From contig QPMI01000437.1 in assembly GCA_004431415.1 (NCBI GenBank), forward strand, positions 186,001 through 250,000: DNA of 64,000 nucleotides, given 5' to 3'. This stretch comes from Cyanophora paradoxa CCMP329 (Eukaryota > Plantae > Glaucophyta). The position numbers and the translations under genes are program-made. Position 1 is the first letter of the stretch. Each line of letters opens with the position of its first letter. A model generated the notes under the pieces. It was not told where the DNA came from and searched no databases. It was given only the letters and a program-made list of their open reading frames with translations. This document shows, piece by piece, positions 37,564 to 49,100 of the stretch.

Positions 37564-38172
37564 CGTGCACGGTCACTAGCTATAGTACTGATGCATGTCG
37601 TAGAGATGGCTATAGTACTTATGCATGTCGTGGAGATGGCCATATGCATGGGACCCGCGCGCGGCCGATCGCGATCGCGAGCTCGAGTTTAAAGAGTGAT
37701 TTTGAGGTTGCCGTGTCGTTTCCACATTGAGATCTAGATCTGTGGCTGTAGGACTGTCGGACTCACCTTGAGACTCGCGATCGGGCACGAGCGCCTTCGC
37801 CGAGTCGGGCGCCCAAAGGCCCGCTCAGCGGCTCCTTCGGGTCGAGCGCTTGAGATCTGCACGTTCGAATTCCTTATTCGCGATCGAGCCTGACCATGCC
37901 GATTGCGAGACGCATGCATCACCGGCACGTGTCGCGATCGTAGTAGGAGTACAAGCAGGTGGCGAGCCCCCCCCGCATGCGCACCCCCCCACTTACTGAT
38001 GACCGTCGGACATAGCGAAAGAAATTGACACGCAGAAATGAATTTTTATGAAGGGCCACTGACTTGCCACTGACTTGCCGTGCGCGTCAGTTGGGCCCGG
38101 GGAAGGGAATTTAACTACGGGGAAGGGAAAGGGAAGGGCGATTCGGGGGCCACCACGGGAAAGATTGCCAAG
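36974..38172. repeat. Right arm of ~1.2-kb inverted repeat
   Basis: Reverse complement of 30659-31859 plus 29182-29212. It ends at the Helitron-like insertion. Confidence 0.95.
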
Positions 38173-38173
38173 T

Positions 38174-38929
38174 TGCAAGGGGGGAAAGAAGACCGAAGGG
38201 CTTCTCCCAGCTTGCTTCCCGTTCCTTCGCTTCAGCCAAAATTTTTCTAGGAGGCCGTTTTCGAGGGCCAGTCTGCAACAAAAATGTTTTTTATTCGCGT
38301 TCCGATTGGCTTGGTGGATCGGTCAGCTCTCGACTTTCGAGCGTCAAACTCGAGCTCGCGAGAGCTCTTTCGACTCGGGAAAAGTGGTTTTCGAGGGGAA
38401 AACCAACTTCTCTCTCACTCCGCATGGAACCACTTCTCCCTAGCTGTCTCCTCTAGATTAATATTTCGGCTTCGTCGACGTCGCAGTGCGCCGCGTACGC
38501 CGCACGGTACCCGTGCCGCCTGGACTACTTTTCACTGCATCGATATCAAGCTTGCACCGCAGCACCGCCTACCAAGCACGCGCCGCTGCCCGCAGCCGAG
38601 CACGCTGCCCGGCACTCGTGCTTGAGCTTGCACCGCAAAACCGCTTGCGTCGCTGCCTAGCTGCACCGCTGATCGCAGCCGAGCACGCCCGGCCGTCCAG
38701 ACCGTGCTCTCTTGCTGCGCTCAGCACGCCGCCGAAATCGAGCTTATACCGCAGAACCGCGTGCGCCGCTGCCCGCAGCCGAGCACGCCGGCCGGGCCGG
38801 GCGCTCTTGTTGCGCGCGACCCCGAGGGGAGGACTCTGCGCATGTGCATGCCACTAGGACTCTTTCATTAGATCCCGGTCCCCCCCTTGCACCCCCGGCG
38901 CGAAAATCGCGGCCGGGCCACTAGTAATA
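38174..38929 (+). mobile_element. Non-autonomous Helitron2/Helentron-like element, internally deleted copy
   Basis: T|TGCAAGGGGGG...CCCCCCCTTGCA, same hairpin, then CACTAGTAATAT. Colinear with 25313-26783 minus the cargo. Confidence 0.7.
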
Positions 38930-39014
38930 TCGATCTCGCGACCCTCGGTGCACGCGTACCTGGCCGAAGCGGAAAGGCCGCGGCGGCGCAATCGCGAGGC
39001 CGGCGGCCGCGGCG

Positions 39015-39525
39015 CATGTATATATATACAATGATAGGGAAGTCACTCACTGAGTCAGTTAGCGGTAAGCATCCGTAATTTATATATCTACCTATCCCCC
39101 TCTATTTATCTACCTATCTACCTAAGTGCTTTTTCGCTATACCTAGCTTTTATAATTAGCTCTTACCCCTTTAGCTTGTCACAGTGTCTCTCTTTCAAAT
39201 ATTGTCTTTCTTCGAATTCGTCTTCCGAGTTCCAGCCCATGTCACTAACTTTAGTAAGGTCCCGTTTGTCTCTAACCTAGTAGAGTGACTCCAGATCTAT
39301 GCCCTCGTCTTTGCTGTACACGCGTATACGTACGTGTACATGAATTCGAACGGCGCTCGCCCCTTCGATCTTGTCATGTCATCATGAATGCTTTGAAAGT
39401 CTTCACTGATCATCCACACGTGCACATGTACACATGTATACGTACACGCTATGCACAGAGCAACGTTAACTAAATACTAAAAAAATCCAGATCTAAATTG
39501 ATTGTATATATCTGCGAACAGCGTC
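39015..39525 (+). repeat. Diverged copy of the flank shared with 21545-21925 (and 12150-12500 inverted)
   Basis: Shared words AGTCAGTT.GCGGTAAGC, CTCTCTTTCAAAT.TTGTCTTTCTT, CCCGTTTGTCTCTA, ATGCTTTGAA and TCTGCGAACAGC in the same order. Confidence 0.75.
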
Positions 39526-39665
39526 GCTGGAGGGATGGCGGGATGGAATTATTGCTATCAATCAATCTCCGAATTCGAAAGCTGCGAGAAAGGGCTACGT
39601 ACGCGTGCAGCAACCCGCGCGCGGGCGCGACATTGTCGAACCAGACTTACTACGTTAGCTCTTAT

Positions 39666-40388
39666 AATTATCGGATATAAATGAATTCGCAAATACAACT
39701 GAGGTGTCCATCTGTGTCAAGTCGAGAGATGAACCTACGGGACTAAGCCTTTCGGCCATCGGACCGGGTGGAGCTCGGATGTGGAAATAGCTGGAGAGAC
39801 TACCCCGGGGACTAGGTCTAGCGCTGCAGAGAAAGGAAGATCCTACGTGGGAAGAGAGTCACTACCCAAGGACGAGGAGGAAGCAGAGGTCTGGAGGACG
39901 AAGCGAGCTGCAGCTGGGACTATGCCTAGTTAGCTATAGCCTCCGGGAAGGCGCTCTATAATCTAAACCACTCTGTACACGCTAGTATACGGCCCGCCGT
40001 GTCGCCAGCACGGCGGGTGCGGGTCTGGCCATGGGGGCTCGCTCGTCCAAGAGCGGGCCTGGAGGAGCCGCCGGGCTCAAGGATTCGGGGGGTGTTGACC
40101 GGGGAGGAGGGGGAGGCAGGGGGTACGGGACGGGAGGGCGAGGGGCAGCAGTGGACAGTGGGAGGGGGAGAGGACCGGTACCGGGTCGGGCAACCGCGGT
40201 CGGGAGTATAGGGAGGTTCCAGTGGCGCATTCCGCCGGGCCGGGTTTCCAGCCGCCTGCCGACCGCCTCCCCCCCGCCGCGGGCAATGACGAGCCCCCCC
40301 CCGCAGCGGTCTGTCCGCCCCGGCCTGGCGCGTGGCCGGGGCAGGAGCAGGCAGGCTCGGCGGCCGACAGACGACCTTCCACCCGGAA
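39666..40388 (-). mobile_element. 5'-truncated LINE-like copy B (3' UTR only)
   Basis: 14-bp TSD ACGTTAGCTCTTAT (39652-39665 / 40389-40402). Same 3' end GCGAATTCATT on the minus strand. Confidence 0.85.
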
Positions 40389-42605
40389 ACGTTAGCTCTT
40401 ATCATATGCATGTCCAAGTTCAACGGTTCATGGCTGAACACTGTAAACTTGGGTCGTATCCTGGCCCTACGTATACGAAATCTACAATAAAGAAAATTGG
40501 GCCCCCCCCATAATTTTTTCCCAGGTGCCCGCCCGATTCCCTCGAGACGGCACCCACTGGGCAACCGCCCCCCGCAATTTCTCCCCTCCGTCCCAGCACC
40601 ATGCCCTATCGGTGCCCGCTCGGTGATTGGTCGGTGTCGCCCCCTTCCCCTCTCATATATCATATGCATATATCTTCTACCCGGCTCGACCACTAGCGCA
40701 CGCTCGGTCCAGTTACCCGCTATCGGTGACCAATCGGTGCCCTGTCCGTGTCGCGTGCGTGCCCTCAGGAAGGAATCCTCCCCCCCAGACCCGTACCCGG
40801 GTCTTTGGATCTGGAACCGAGAATCCTAACCGCTAGGCTAAAACCGCAACCGAAATCGGAAATTCTCAGGCGGGTATTTGAACCGCCTCCACCCACGATT
40901 CGGAAGGAAGGTGGGACCCTGGAAAAATTTCAAGCCCCCACGACGCAACACGGCGCCGCAGCGAGCACTGCGAGCGACGCAGCGCATGGTAAATATCGCT
41001 AACATACCGCTGGAAAGGTCAAATTCAAGCTCGCATTCACGCCAAAAGTTTTGAAACGATCCGACTCACTCGAAAATTTGATCCACATGCATGGGCCAGC
41101 CGATTCCTGTCCGACAATGCACGAGAGCAATGCGCATAGATGCGCATAGACTTAAAAAAAGCCTGCGTCGCCCCGAAATTCGCCTTCGAGCGCCAGCGAA
41201 GCACGAGAAGGCAAACTGCAGCAAAAATGCGATTCTGCACTCTCCCATCGAACTTTCCGCGCGCCCACGCCGCGGCGCATGCGCAGAACAATAGTATAAG
41301 CATTTGAGATATAGAGAAAGCATTCCGTTCGCTCTCTAGATGCGCCGGGCCGCGAGAACCCAGGCGTCCCCGAAAATTCGATCCTGCACGGACCTGAACA
41401 TGTACATCTGTCCTCGCGCCCTCGCATCCTGACGCATGCGCTTCGCTAAAGTATTTATTTGACAGCTTTACAAAGTTTTGCGCAAGCTCTGCGGCCGGCA
41501 CAGAGCACGAAAACTCAGCCGTCGCCAAAAATTCGATCCTGCAGAGACCTCCAGCTGCACATCGATATCTTTCCGCCCGCCCTTGCCTCCGCAGCCCTAG
41601 GCCAGCACTGCGGCAGATCAATACTTTATGCATTCGAGATTCTGTTTAAGCGATTCACAGGCTCCGAGGCTCTGTACATGCGCCTGACCACGAGAACCCC
41701 GCCCCGGCCCGGCCCTCTCAGTGCACGTGCACATGCACGTGGCACATCCGATGATCTCTCCTCGAAACTCTCGCCTAGGCCTTAATTAATCTAGATCTCC
41801 TACCCCAATTACAATACCGCCCAATATAAGAAAAATCAATGTCCTAGGCCTTTTCCTCTCGCCTCCGCAGCCCTAACTAGCACTGGGCTCACGAAAATTG
41901 CGAAACAGATCTACTTACAGATCTACCTCGAGCTCGTGTACTGATTTAAATCAATGTCCTTTCCCTTCGATCTACACTAATCAAACGAATGTTGACGGGT
42001 GGGAAGGGGTGGGGGGAGGGGGGGGGGGGCCTTCCCCGCGTGAGCGGGTGTCTTGTAATTTCTTGTTGATTCAGTTATATATATATATATATAATATAAT
42101 TATCCAATAAAAGTCAACTCGATACTAGAGTCGATGGCCCAGAGCGATTAGGCGCGGGGCGACACGCAATAAGAATGTTGCACATTCAAGCCTTGAAGCG
42201 GCGGTGTACAAGCACGCGGACCAGGGTCCGGCAATCTTTCACACTGTGACACGGCGATTGCACCATGCAGAAAATGCTTATTCAACACTAATAATGCACC
42301 TCTACATCTCAGTAAGGCATCCTTAAGTTCAGAAACTGAGATCAGGCATAGCAAGTGAAAGTGAGACAATTGCAAGCTGAACCCGTATCGATTTGCGGAG
42401 CACTAGCACAGCAGCAGCAATGGCAATGCCTAACGACGATAAAGTAATAAACTGCGTTTACAGCGTGCATTCAAAATGCGAAAACTAGACTAAGCAGCGT
42501 GCCACAACCCTGCAGCTGGGTCCGAACTGTGCGCGGTCTGGATCTCGGCGGCGGGACACAGCGAGGGCGGCCTAGCTATATATAGCGACCCATGATGTGA
42601 TATGA

Positions 42606-45070
42606 TTAGGGGGACCCGGTCCCGGACGGGCCGGATCCGGAAGGGGCGGGGCCCGGGCCCGGGGCGGGGGCGGGGGCGGGGCGGGCGGGGCGGGCGAGGC
42701 GCTGGACGGCGTCGAGGAGGAGCTCCCGCCGGACAGGCTTCAGGATGTAATCTGTGCACGGCGCCCGGGCCGTCAGTCAGCCAGCCGTCAGTCAGGCGAG
42801 GGGCGGATCCGGACGAGCGAGGGGCGCAGCGAGCTCTAGAGCAGCACCATCATCTTGTGAGGGTTCTCATACATTTATGTATCTTTTTATGCTCTCATGT
42901 CGGTGGCTAGAGCTTTTGGTTCTTTTTACATCTAGAGCGGTCTAGATCTTGAGTTCTAGATCTTGGTTCTCTTCTAGGTCTAGAGCGGCCTCGGCGGGGC
43001 TGGGCATGGCGGGGCGGGGCGGGGCGGGGCGGGGGGCACCGTCGGCGCCGAGGCTGAAGCACTGCTCGGCGGCCCCCGAGATGGCGTTCGCCGTCTGCGC
43101 GGCCGGGCGGGGGTGAGTGGGGGGGGGGGCAGATTGTTGTGTCCTTATAATCTTGGACGGGGCGGGGCGGGGGGGGGCAGGGCAGGGCGGCTCGGACCAT
43201 GAAGACGATGGGGATGCGGCGGCGGGGCCGCGCCCCCGCCCCCGCCCCCGCCTCCGCTCCAGCCCCCGCCTCGGCCTCCAGCTCCCGAATCTTCCGCGTC
43301 GCCTCCCGCCCGTCCATCTGACAGGCCGATGTCAGCTTCGATTCACCGGGAACTTTATTAATCTTTAGCTTCGATTTAGATCCCTCAATCTTTAGATCCC
43401 TCTATCTTTAGATCCCTCTATCTTTAGATCCCTCTATCTTTAGATCCCTCTATCTTTAGATCCCTCTATCTTTAGATCCCTCTATCTTTAGATCCCTCTA
43501 TCTTTAGATCCCTCTATCTTTAGATCCCTCTATCTTTAGATCCCTCTATCTTTAGATCCCTCAATCTTTAGATCCCTCAATCTTTAGATCCCTCAATCTT
43601 AGATTTAGATTCACCAGGGACTTTAGAGCCCTCAGCTCCTTTTATCTTAGATGTACGGGCATCTCTCGCCCATCCATCTGATACGCAAGGCCCCTTGGCA
43701 CCCTCTATCTTAGATTTGCTAGGTCCCTTAGGTCCTTTTATCTTTGATTCTCCTAGGGCGCACGAGCGCTATTAAATGAATTCGCACACACCGAGACAAA
43801 TGGCTAGAGATATAGCTGAGGTGTCCATCTGTGTCAAGTCGAGAGATGAACCTACGGGACTAAGCCTTTCGGACATCGGACCGGGTGGAGCTCGGATATG
43901 GACGTAACTGGAAACGCTACCCCGGGGACTAAGTCTAGATCTAGAGCTGCAGCACAGGAAGGATCCTACGCGGGAAGGGAAGTGACTACCCAGGGACGAG
44001 AATAGAAATCAGAGGTGGGCAGCAAAGTGAGCTGCAGCTGTAGCTAGCGCTATGCCTAGTAAGCTAGGGCCTCCGAGAGGGCGCACTATAATCTGAACCA
44101 CTCTGTACACGCTAGAGAACGGCCCGCCGTGTCGTCGGCACGGCGGGTCGGGTCGGGGGCTCGCTCGTCCGAGAGCAAGCCTGGTGGAGCCGCCAGGCTC
44201 AGAGCATTCGGGGAAGATTGGTCGGGGGGAAGGGGGACGGGGCAGGGAGGGGGGCACGGCATGGAGCGACGTTGGGCGGTGGGAAAGGACGGGGGAGGAC
44301 CGGGTCGGGCAGCCGCGGTCGGGAGGAGGGAGGCTCCAGTGGCGCGTTCCGCCGGGCTTCCAGCCGCCCGCCGACCGCCTCCCCCCCACCGCGGGCAGTG
44401 ACGAGCCCCCTCCGCGGCGGTCCGGCCGCCCCGGCCTGGCGCGTGGCCGGGGCAGGCGCCGGTGGGTTCAGCGGCCGACCGACGACCTTCCACCTGGCAG
44501 CCCGCACCACCGTCCCCTCCCTGGGGTAGCGGGAGATCAGCAGAGCAGAAGGGGCGGAGGGGGTGGGGGATGGGGCCGTGGGGGAGGGCGACTGGGGCAA
44601 CTGGCGAGAGAGGGCAGGGGGGGAGAGAGCAGCGGTGGCGGCGGGAGGCGAGCGTGTCGGCGGTAGTGAGGGGGGTGTGGAGGCGCAGGTCGCGCAGGCG
44701 ACGGCGGGTCGGCGGCGGGCGCGAGGGCCCGGCGAGCGGCCGTAGGTGATAGGTTGAGAGTGAGGTCGTCAGTGGGCGTAGCGATGGAGTCCTAGGGCGC
44801 ACGAGGGGCATCTCTTGGTCCATGAGGACGAGGCCGAAGGCGGCGGGGTCGGCGGCGTAGGCGCGCACGCCCTCCAGCCCGTTGCCCGCCACTGTGACTT
44901 TGTGGCCCGCCGCCTCCAGCATCTTCCGCGCCACCAGCACGCTGCGGTCATGATCGGTGAGTTCATGATATGATCACCGAGTTCAGTGATCAGGATCGTC
45001 GTGGGGCGCACTTGGTGGCGTTGTCCTCGACGAGGAGGCCTAGGATTGAGACGGGCTCGCGGGTGCTAGA
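42606..45070 (-). CDS. Duplicated receiver (REC) domain exons; possible stand-alone response regulator or pseudogene
   Basis: Copy of the kinase 3' end: [40 protein letters not shown]...[24 protein letters not shown]...GAD-DYILKP. TAA at 42606; the indels seen are in frame. Confidence 0.7.
43375..43600. repeat. 16-bp minisatellite (GATCCCTCTATCTTTA)n
   Basis: About 14 units here versus about 5 at the paralogous intron 46838-46915. Confidence 0.95.
43767..44789 (-). mobile_element. 5'-truncated LINE-like copy C at an exon/intron edge of the REC duplicate
   Basis: 16-bp TSD TCCTAGGGCGCACGAG (43751-43766 / 44790-44805). Absent from the paralogous kinase intron. Same 3' end. Confidence 0.9.
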
Positions 45071-46130
45071 GACAGACCTGTGGCGAGAAGTAAGTAAGTA
45101 AGCAAGAAAGCAAGTTCGGGCCCGGAAACTCGTTTTGGACTATACTCTCGTGGGACAGACCTCGAGCTCGCGGCCCTCGGTGGCCGAGGCGGAGAGGCGG
45201 CGCGAGATCATCTGTCCATCGAGAAGCCTCTGAATAGAATCTGTTTGCAATGGCCGGGTCGCTCTGTGAGCGCGCGCGAGCCTGCAGCTGGCCATGGACC
45301 GCAAACTTCGGCAGCTTGAAGGCAGGGAGCGCGAAAATCGCCGAGCCACCTGCTGCATGAGCTGCTAGGCCTAGGGCTTGGCGCGCGCCGCGGGGCCAGC
45401 ACCACGGAGCGCCGCTGTTCGCTGTTCCAAGCTGTTTTTGGTGAGACGGTGTACCCCCCCACCAACGTCTCGGAGTCCAAATTTCGAACTCCCTAGCCCT
45501 CCGCTAGCCAACCAGATGAAGCTGGCCCAGCGGCCGCCGCCCGGGACTTCAGAGCGGTTGCTGGTCGCCAGAGGCGTCGAATTTCGCAGCTAGCGCTGCT
45601 CTTCCGGAGCCGCGGCCGGGATCCGGACCTGGTACCTGGTCCGGGCGGCGGGCCCGCGCCGCGCGCTGCGAGGGCCCGCGCGGCGAGCGGCACGGCTACG
45701 GCAGCGCGGGGCGCAAGGCGGGGCGCGCGCTGAGCCCGCGGATCCGAAACGCGGCGCTAGCCCAGCGGTCGGGGCGCGCGCCCGGCGCCCTATTGGGCGC
45801 GCGTTCGAGCCCGGGCGGGGCGACGGGGGGGAACAGGGGGGGCCCCGCGGGCCTGCGCCGGCCTTGCTCCCGCCTTTGCGGGGGCCTTCCGTGGGGGCCT
45901 GGAGGGCGTTCTCGCGCCGTTTTCGCGCCCCCGGGCGCCCCGCCTAACGACGATGAAGCAGCAGACTGCATTTACAGCGTGGATTCAAAATGCGAAACCT
46001 ATTGCTAGACTGAGCAGCGTGCCACGACCCTGCAGCTGGGTCCGAACTGTGCGCGATCTAGTCTGGATCTCGGCGGCGGGAAGCAGCGAGGGCGGCCTAG
46101 CTATATATAGCGCCCCATGATGTGATATGA

Positions 46131-49100
46131 TTAGGGGGACCCGGTCCCGGACCCTGACCCCGACTCGGGGGTGGAGGGGCCGGATCCGGAAGGGGCGGGG
46201 CCCGGGCCCGGGGCGGGGGCGGGGGCGGGGCGGGCGGGGCGGGCGAGGCGCTGGACGGCGTCGAGGAGGAGCTCCCGCCGGACGGGCTTCAGGATGTAGT
46301 CTGCTCGCGCCGCCGTCCGACGGTCAGCTCAAGGGGCGAGGGACGAGGGGCGAGGGGCGGGGCGGGGCGGGGGGCACCGTCGGCGCCGAGGCTGAAGCAC
46401 TGCTCGGCGGCCCCCGAGATGGCGTTCGCCGTCTGCGCGACCGGGCGGGCGGGGGTGAGCGGGCGAAAATATTAATGGCAGCGGGGTGGAGGCGTCGGCT
46501 CGATCGGGATTTATCTCGCAGGGCGGGGCGGGGCGGGATCGATCGATCTAGCACCGGCTATCTCGGCCTCGGCCTCTCAGCCGACTCGATCGGACCATTG
46601 TAAAATCATCTTGGGCGGGGCGGCTGCGGGGCGGGGCGGGGCGGGGCGGCTCGGACCATGAAGACGATGGGGATGCGGCGGCGGGGCCGCGCCCCCGCCC
46701 CCGCCCCCGCCTCCGCCCCCGCCCCCGCCTCGGCCTCCAGCTCCCGAATCTTCCGCGTCGCCTCCCGCCCGTCCATCTGACGGGCCGATTTCAGCTTCCA
46801 TTCACCGGGGACTTTATTAATCTTTAGCTTCGATTTAGATCCCTCAATCTTTAGATCCCCCAATCTTTAGATCCCCCAATCTTTAGATCCCTCTATCTTT
46901 AGATCCCTCAATCTTAGATTTAGATTCACCAGGGGCTTTAGAGCCCTCGGCTCCTTTTATCTTCGATGTACGGGCATCTCTTGCCCGTCCATCTGATACG
47001 CAAGGCCCCTTGGCACCCTCTATCTTAGATTTGCTAGGTCCCTTAGGTCCTCTTATCTTTGATTCTCGCGGGGCGCACGACGGGCATCTCAGAGTCTCCC
47101 GGTCCACGGGTCTCATCTTAGGTCCCTCTATCTTAGATTCGCTGGGTCCCTTAGCTCCTTTTATCTTTGATTCTCGCGGGGCGCACGAGGGGCATCTCTT
47201 GGTCCATAAGGACGAGGCCGAAGGCGGCGGGGTCGGCGGCGTAGGCGCGCACGCCCTCCAGCCCGTTGCCCGCCACTGTGACTTTGTGGCCCGCCGCCTC
47301 CAGCATCTTCCGCGCCACCAGCACGCTGCGGTCACGATCAGCGAGTTCATGATATGATCACTGAGTTCAGTGATCACGATCGTCGTGGGGCGCACTTGGT
47401 GGCGTTGTCCTCGACGAGGAGGATTGAGACCGGCTCCCGGGCGCGGGGCGGGGCGGCCGAGCGCCGGCCCCGCACCGCCTCCGCCGCCTCCGCCTCTGCC
47501 TCGGGCTCCGCCTTGGCCCCGGCCCTGGCCTCGCCGGGCGCTGGGGCGCCCCGCGCCAGGGACCGCTGGACGAGGGCCCGCAGCGCACGCTGCATCTCCC
47601 TGCAAGCGAAGAAGAAGCTCAGAGGAGAGGGGCGGGGGCAAGCGGGGTTGGGGCGGGGCGGGGGGGGGTGAGGGGGGGGGCGGGGGGGGTTGGGGGGCGA
47701 GGGCGGGGGCGGGGGTGGGGGGGCGGGGGCGGGGCGGGCGGGGCGGGGGGCGGGGCGGGGGCGAGGGCGGGGCGGGGCGGGATGGGGGGGCAGGGCGGGG
47801 CGGGGCGGGGTGGGGTGGGGCGGGGGGCGGGGCGGGGCCGGGGGGGCGGGGCGGGGGGCGGGGGCGGGGGAGGGGCGGGGGCGGGGCGGGGGGGGGGGGG
47901 GCGGGGGCGGGGCGGGGCGGGGGCGGGGCGAGGGGGGGGGGGGGGGGCGGGGCGGGGGCGGGGGCGGGGCGGGGCGGGGGGGGGGGGTGGGGCGGGGCGG
48001 GGCGGGGGCGGGGCCGGGGCGGGGCGGGGCGGGGGCGGGGCGGGGCGGTGGCGGGGCGGGGGCGGGGGCGGGGCGGAGGGGGGGGAAGGCAGGGGGGGGG
48101 GCGGGGGGGGGCGGGGCAGGAATGGGGCGGGGCGGGCGGGGGGGGGGGGGGGGGGGCGGGGCGGTTCGCACGAGGGAGGATGGGCGCGTCGATCACCTCG
48201 ATCGCAGTGAAGACAGAGGCCGGGAGCTCCTCCCTGCGAACGAAGAAGCTGAGCGAGGGGAGGGGGTACAGGGCGAAGAAAGAGAGAGAGGGCGGACGGC
48301 TCGGATCCGGAGGAGGCGCCGGTCTCCTCGAGGACGCAGGAGACGAGGAGGAGGGCGACGTGGGGCGCCCCCGCCGGCCGCGGCGCCGCCGCCCCCGCCG
48401 GGCCCAGCGCCGCCCTGATCGCCGCGGCGGCGCGCACCGCGTCGCGGCGCCCGAGGGCGAGCACGACGAGGGGCCCGGGCCCGGGCGCGGGCGGCGCGGG
48501 GCGGCCCGCGGCCCCCTCCACGAGGCGGGCGAGGAGCGAGGGGAGCTCCGAGGCGGGGGAGGGGGCGGCGCCGAGCCAGGCCGAGAGGTAGAACGAGGCG
48601 GCGGCGGCCGAGCAGGCCGCCTCGGGGCAGACGACGGGGAAGACCTGGCGGGAAGTTTGTAAGCAAGTTCAGGCCCGGAAACGCTTATTGGATTCTTATT
48701 GGACAGACCTCGCGGCCCTCGGTAGCCGAGGCGGAGAGGCGGCGCGAGGCCGGTGGGCGCGGCGCCGACTCGCCCTCCTGCCGAGGCGTAAGAAATCAAG
48801 GCCTAGGCCTAGGGCTAGGCCTAGGGCTCTCAGCTTCTTCCGGCAGGCGCTGGCTGGCACTCTTGGGAGGCTCTCAGAGGGCTCGGGAGCAGGGCTCCTG
48901 GAGCGATCCGGCCCGGCAGCGCCTCGCAAGCTTTCAAGCTCGAGCCGATTCTCTTGTTTTAAACGCTCGCCGGGGGTCCCAGAGCAACCGCATTATCGAC
49001 CAGCCGGCCGGCTGGCCGATGGCGCGGCTAGGCTAGCCAGCAAGCAGTGCTCGAGCCCGTTCTCTCGCTCTAGAACCTCGCTCGAAAAGCTTGTGCTCAG

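Noticed and set aside
30659-38172. Large TIR transposon or Polinton defined by the 1.2-kb inverted repeat
   Set aside because: No transposase, integrase or polymerase is seen inside, there is no TSD, and the arms consist of gene 3' exons and introns.
40850-41900. Possible transposon end with recurring AAAATTCGATCCTGCA and GCCTCCGCAGCCCTA words
   Set aside because: No termini, TSD or partner end could be defined in the window.
42120-42440. Possible ncRNA (ATCTCAGT...ACTGAGAT hairpin)
   Set aside because: No recognisable snRNA, snoRNA or tRNA motifs; it needs an Rfam search.
46883-48799. 638-aa Pro-rich ORF and overlapping Gly/Arg-rich ORFs
   Set aside because: These are read-throughs of a low-complexity G-rich intron; the true exons lie in different frames.
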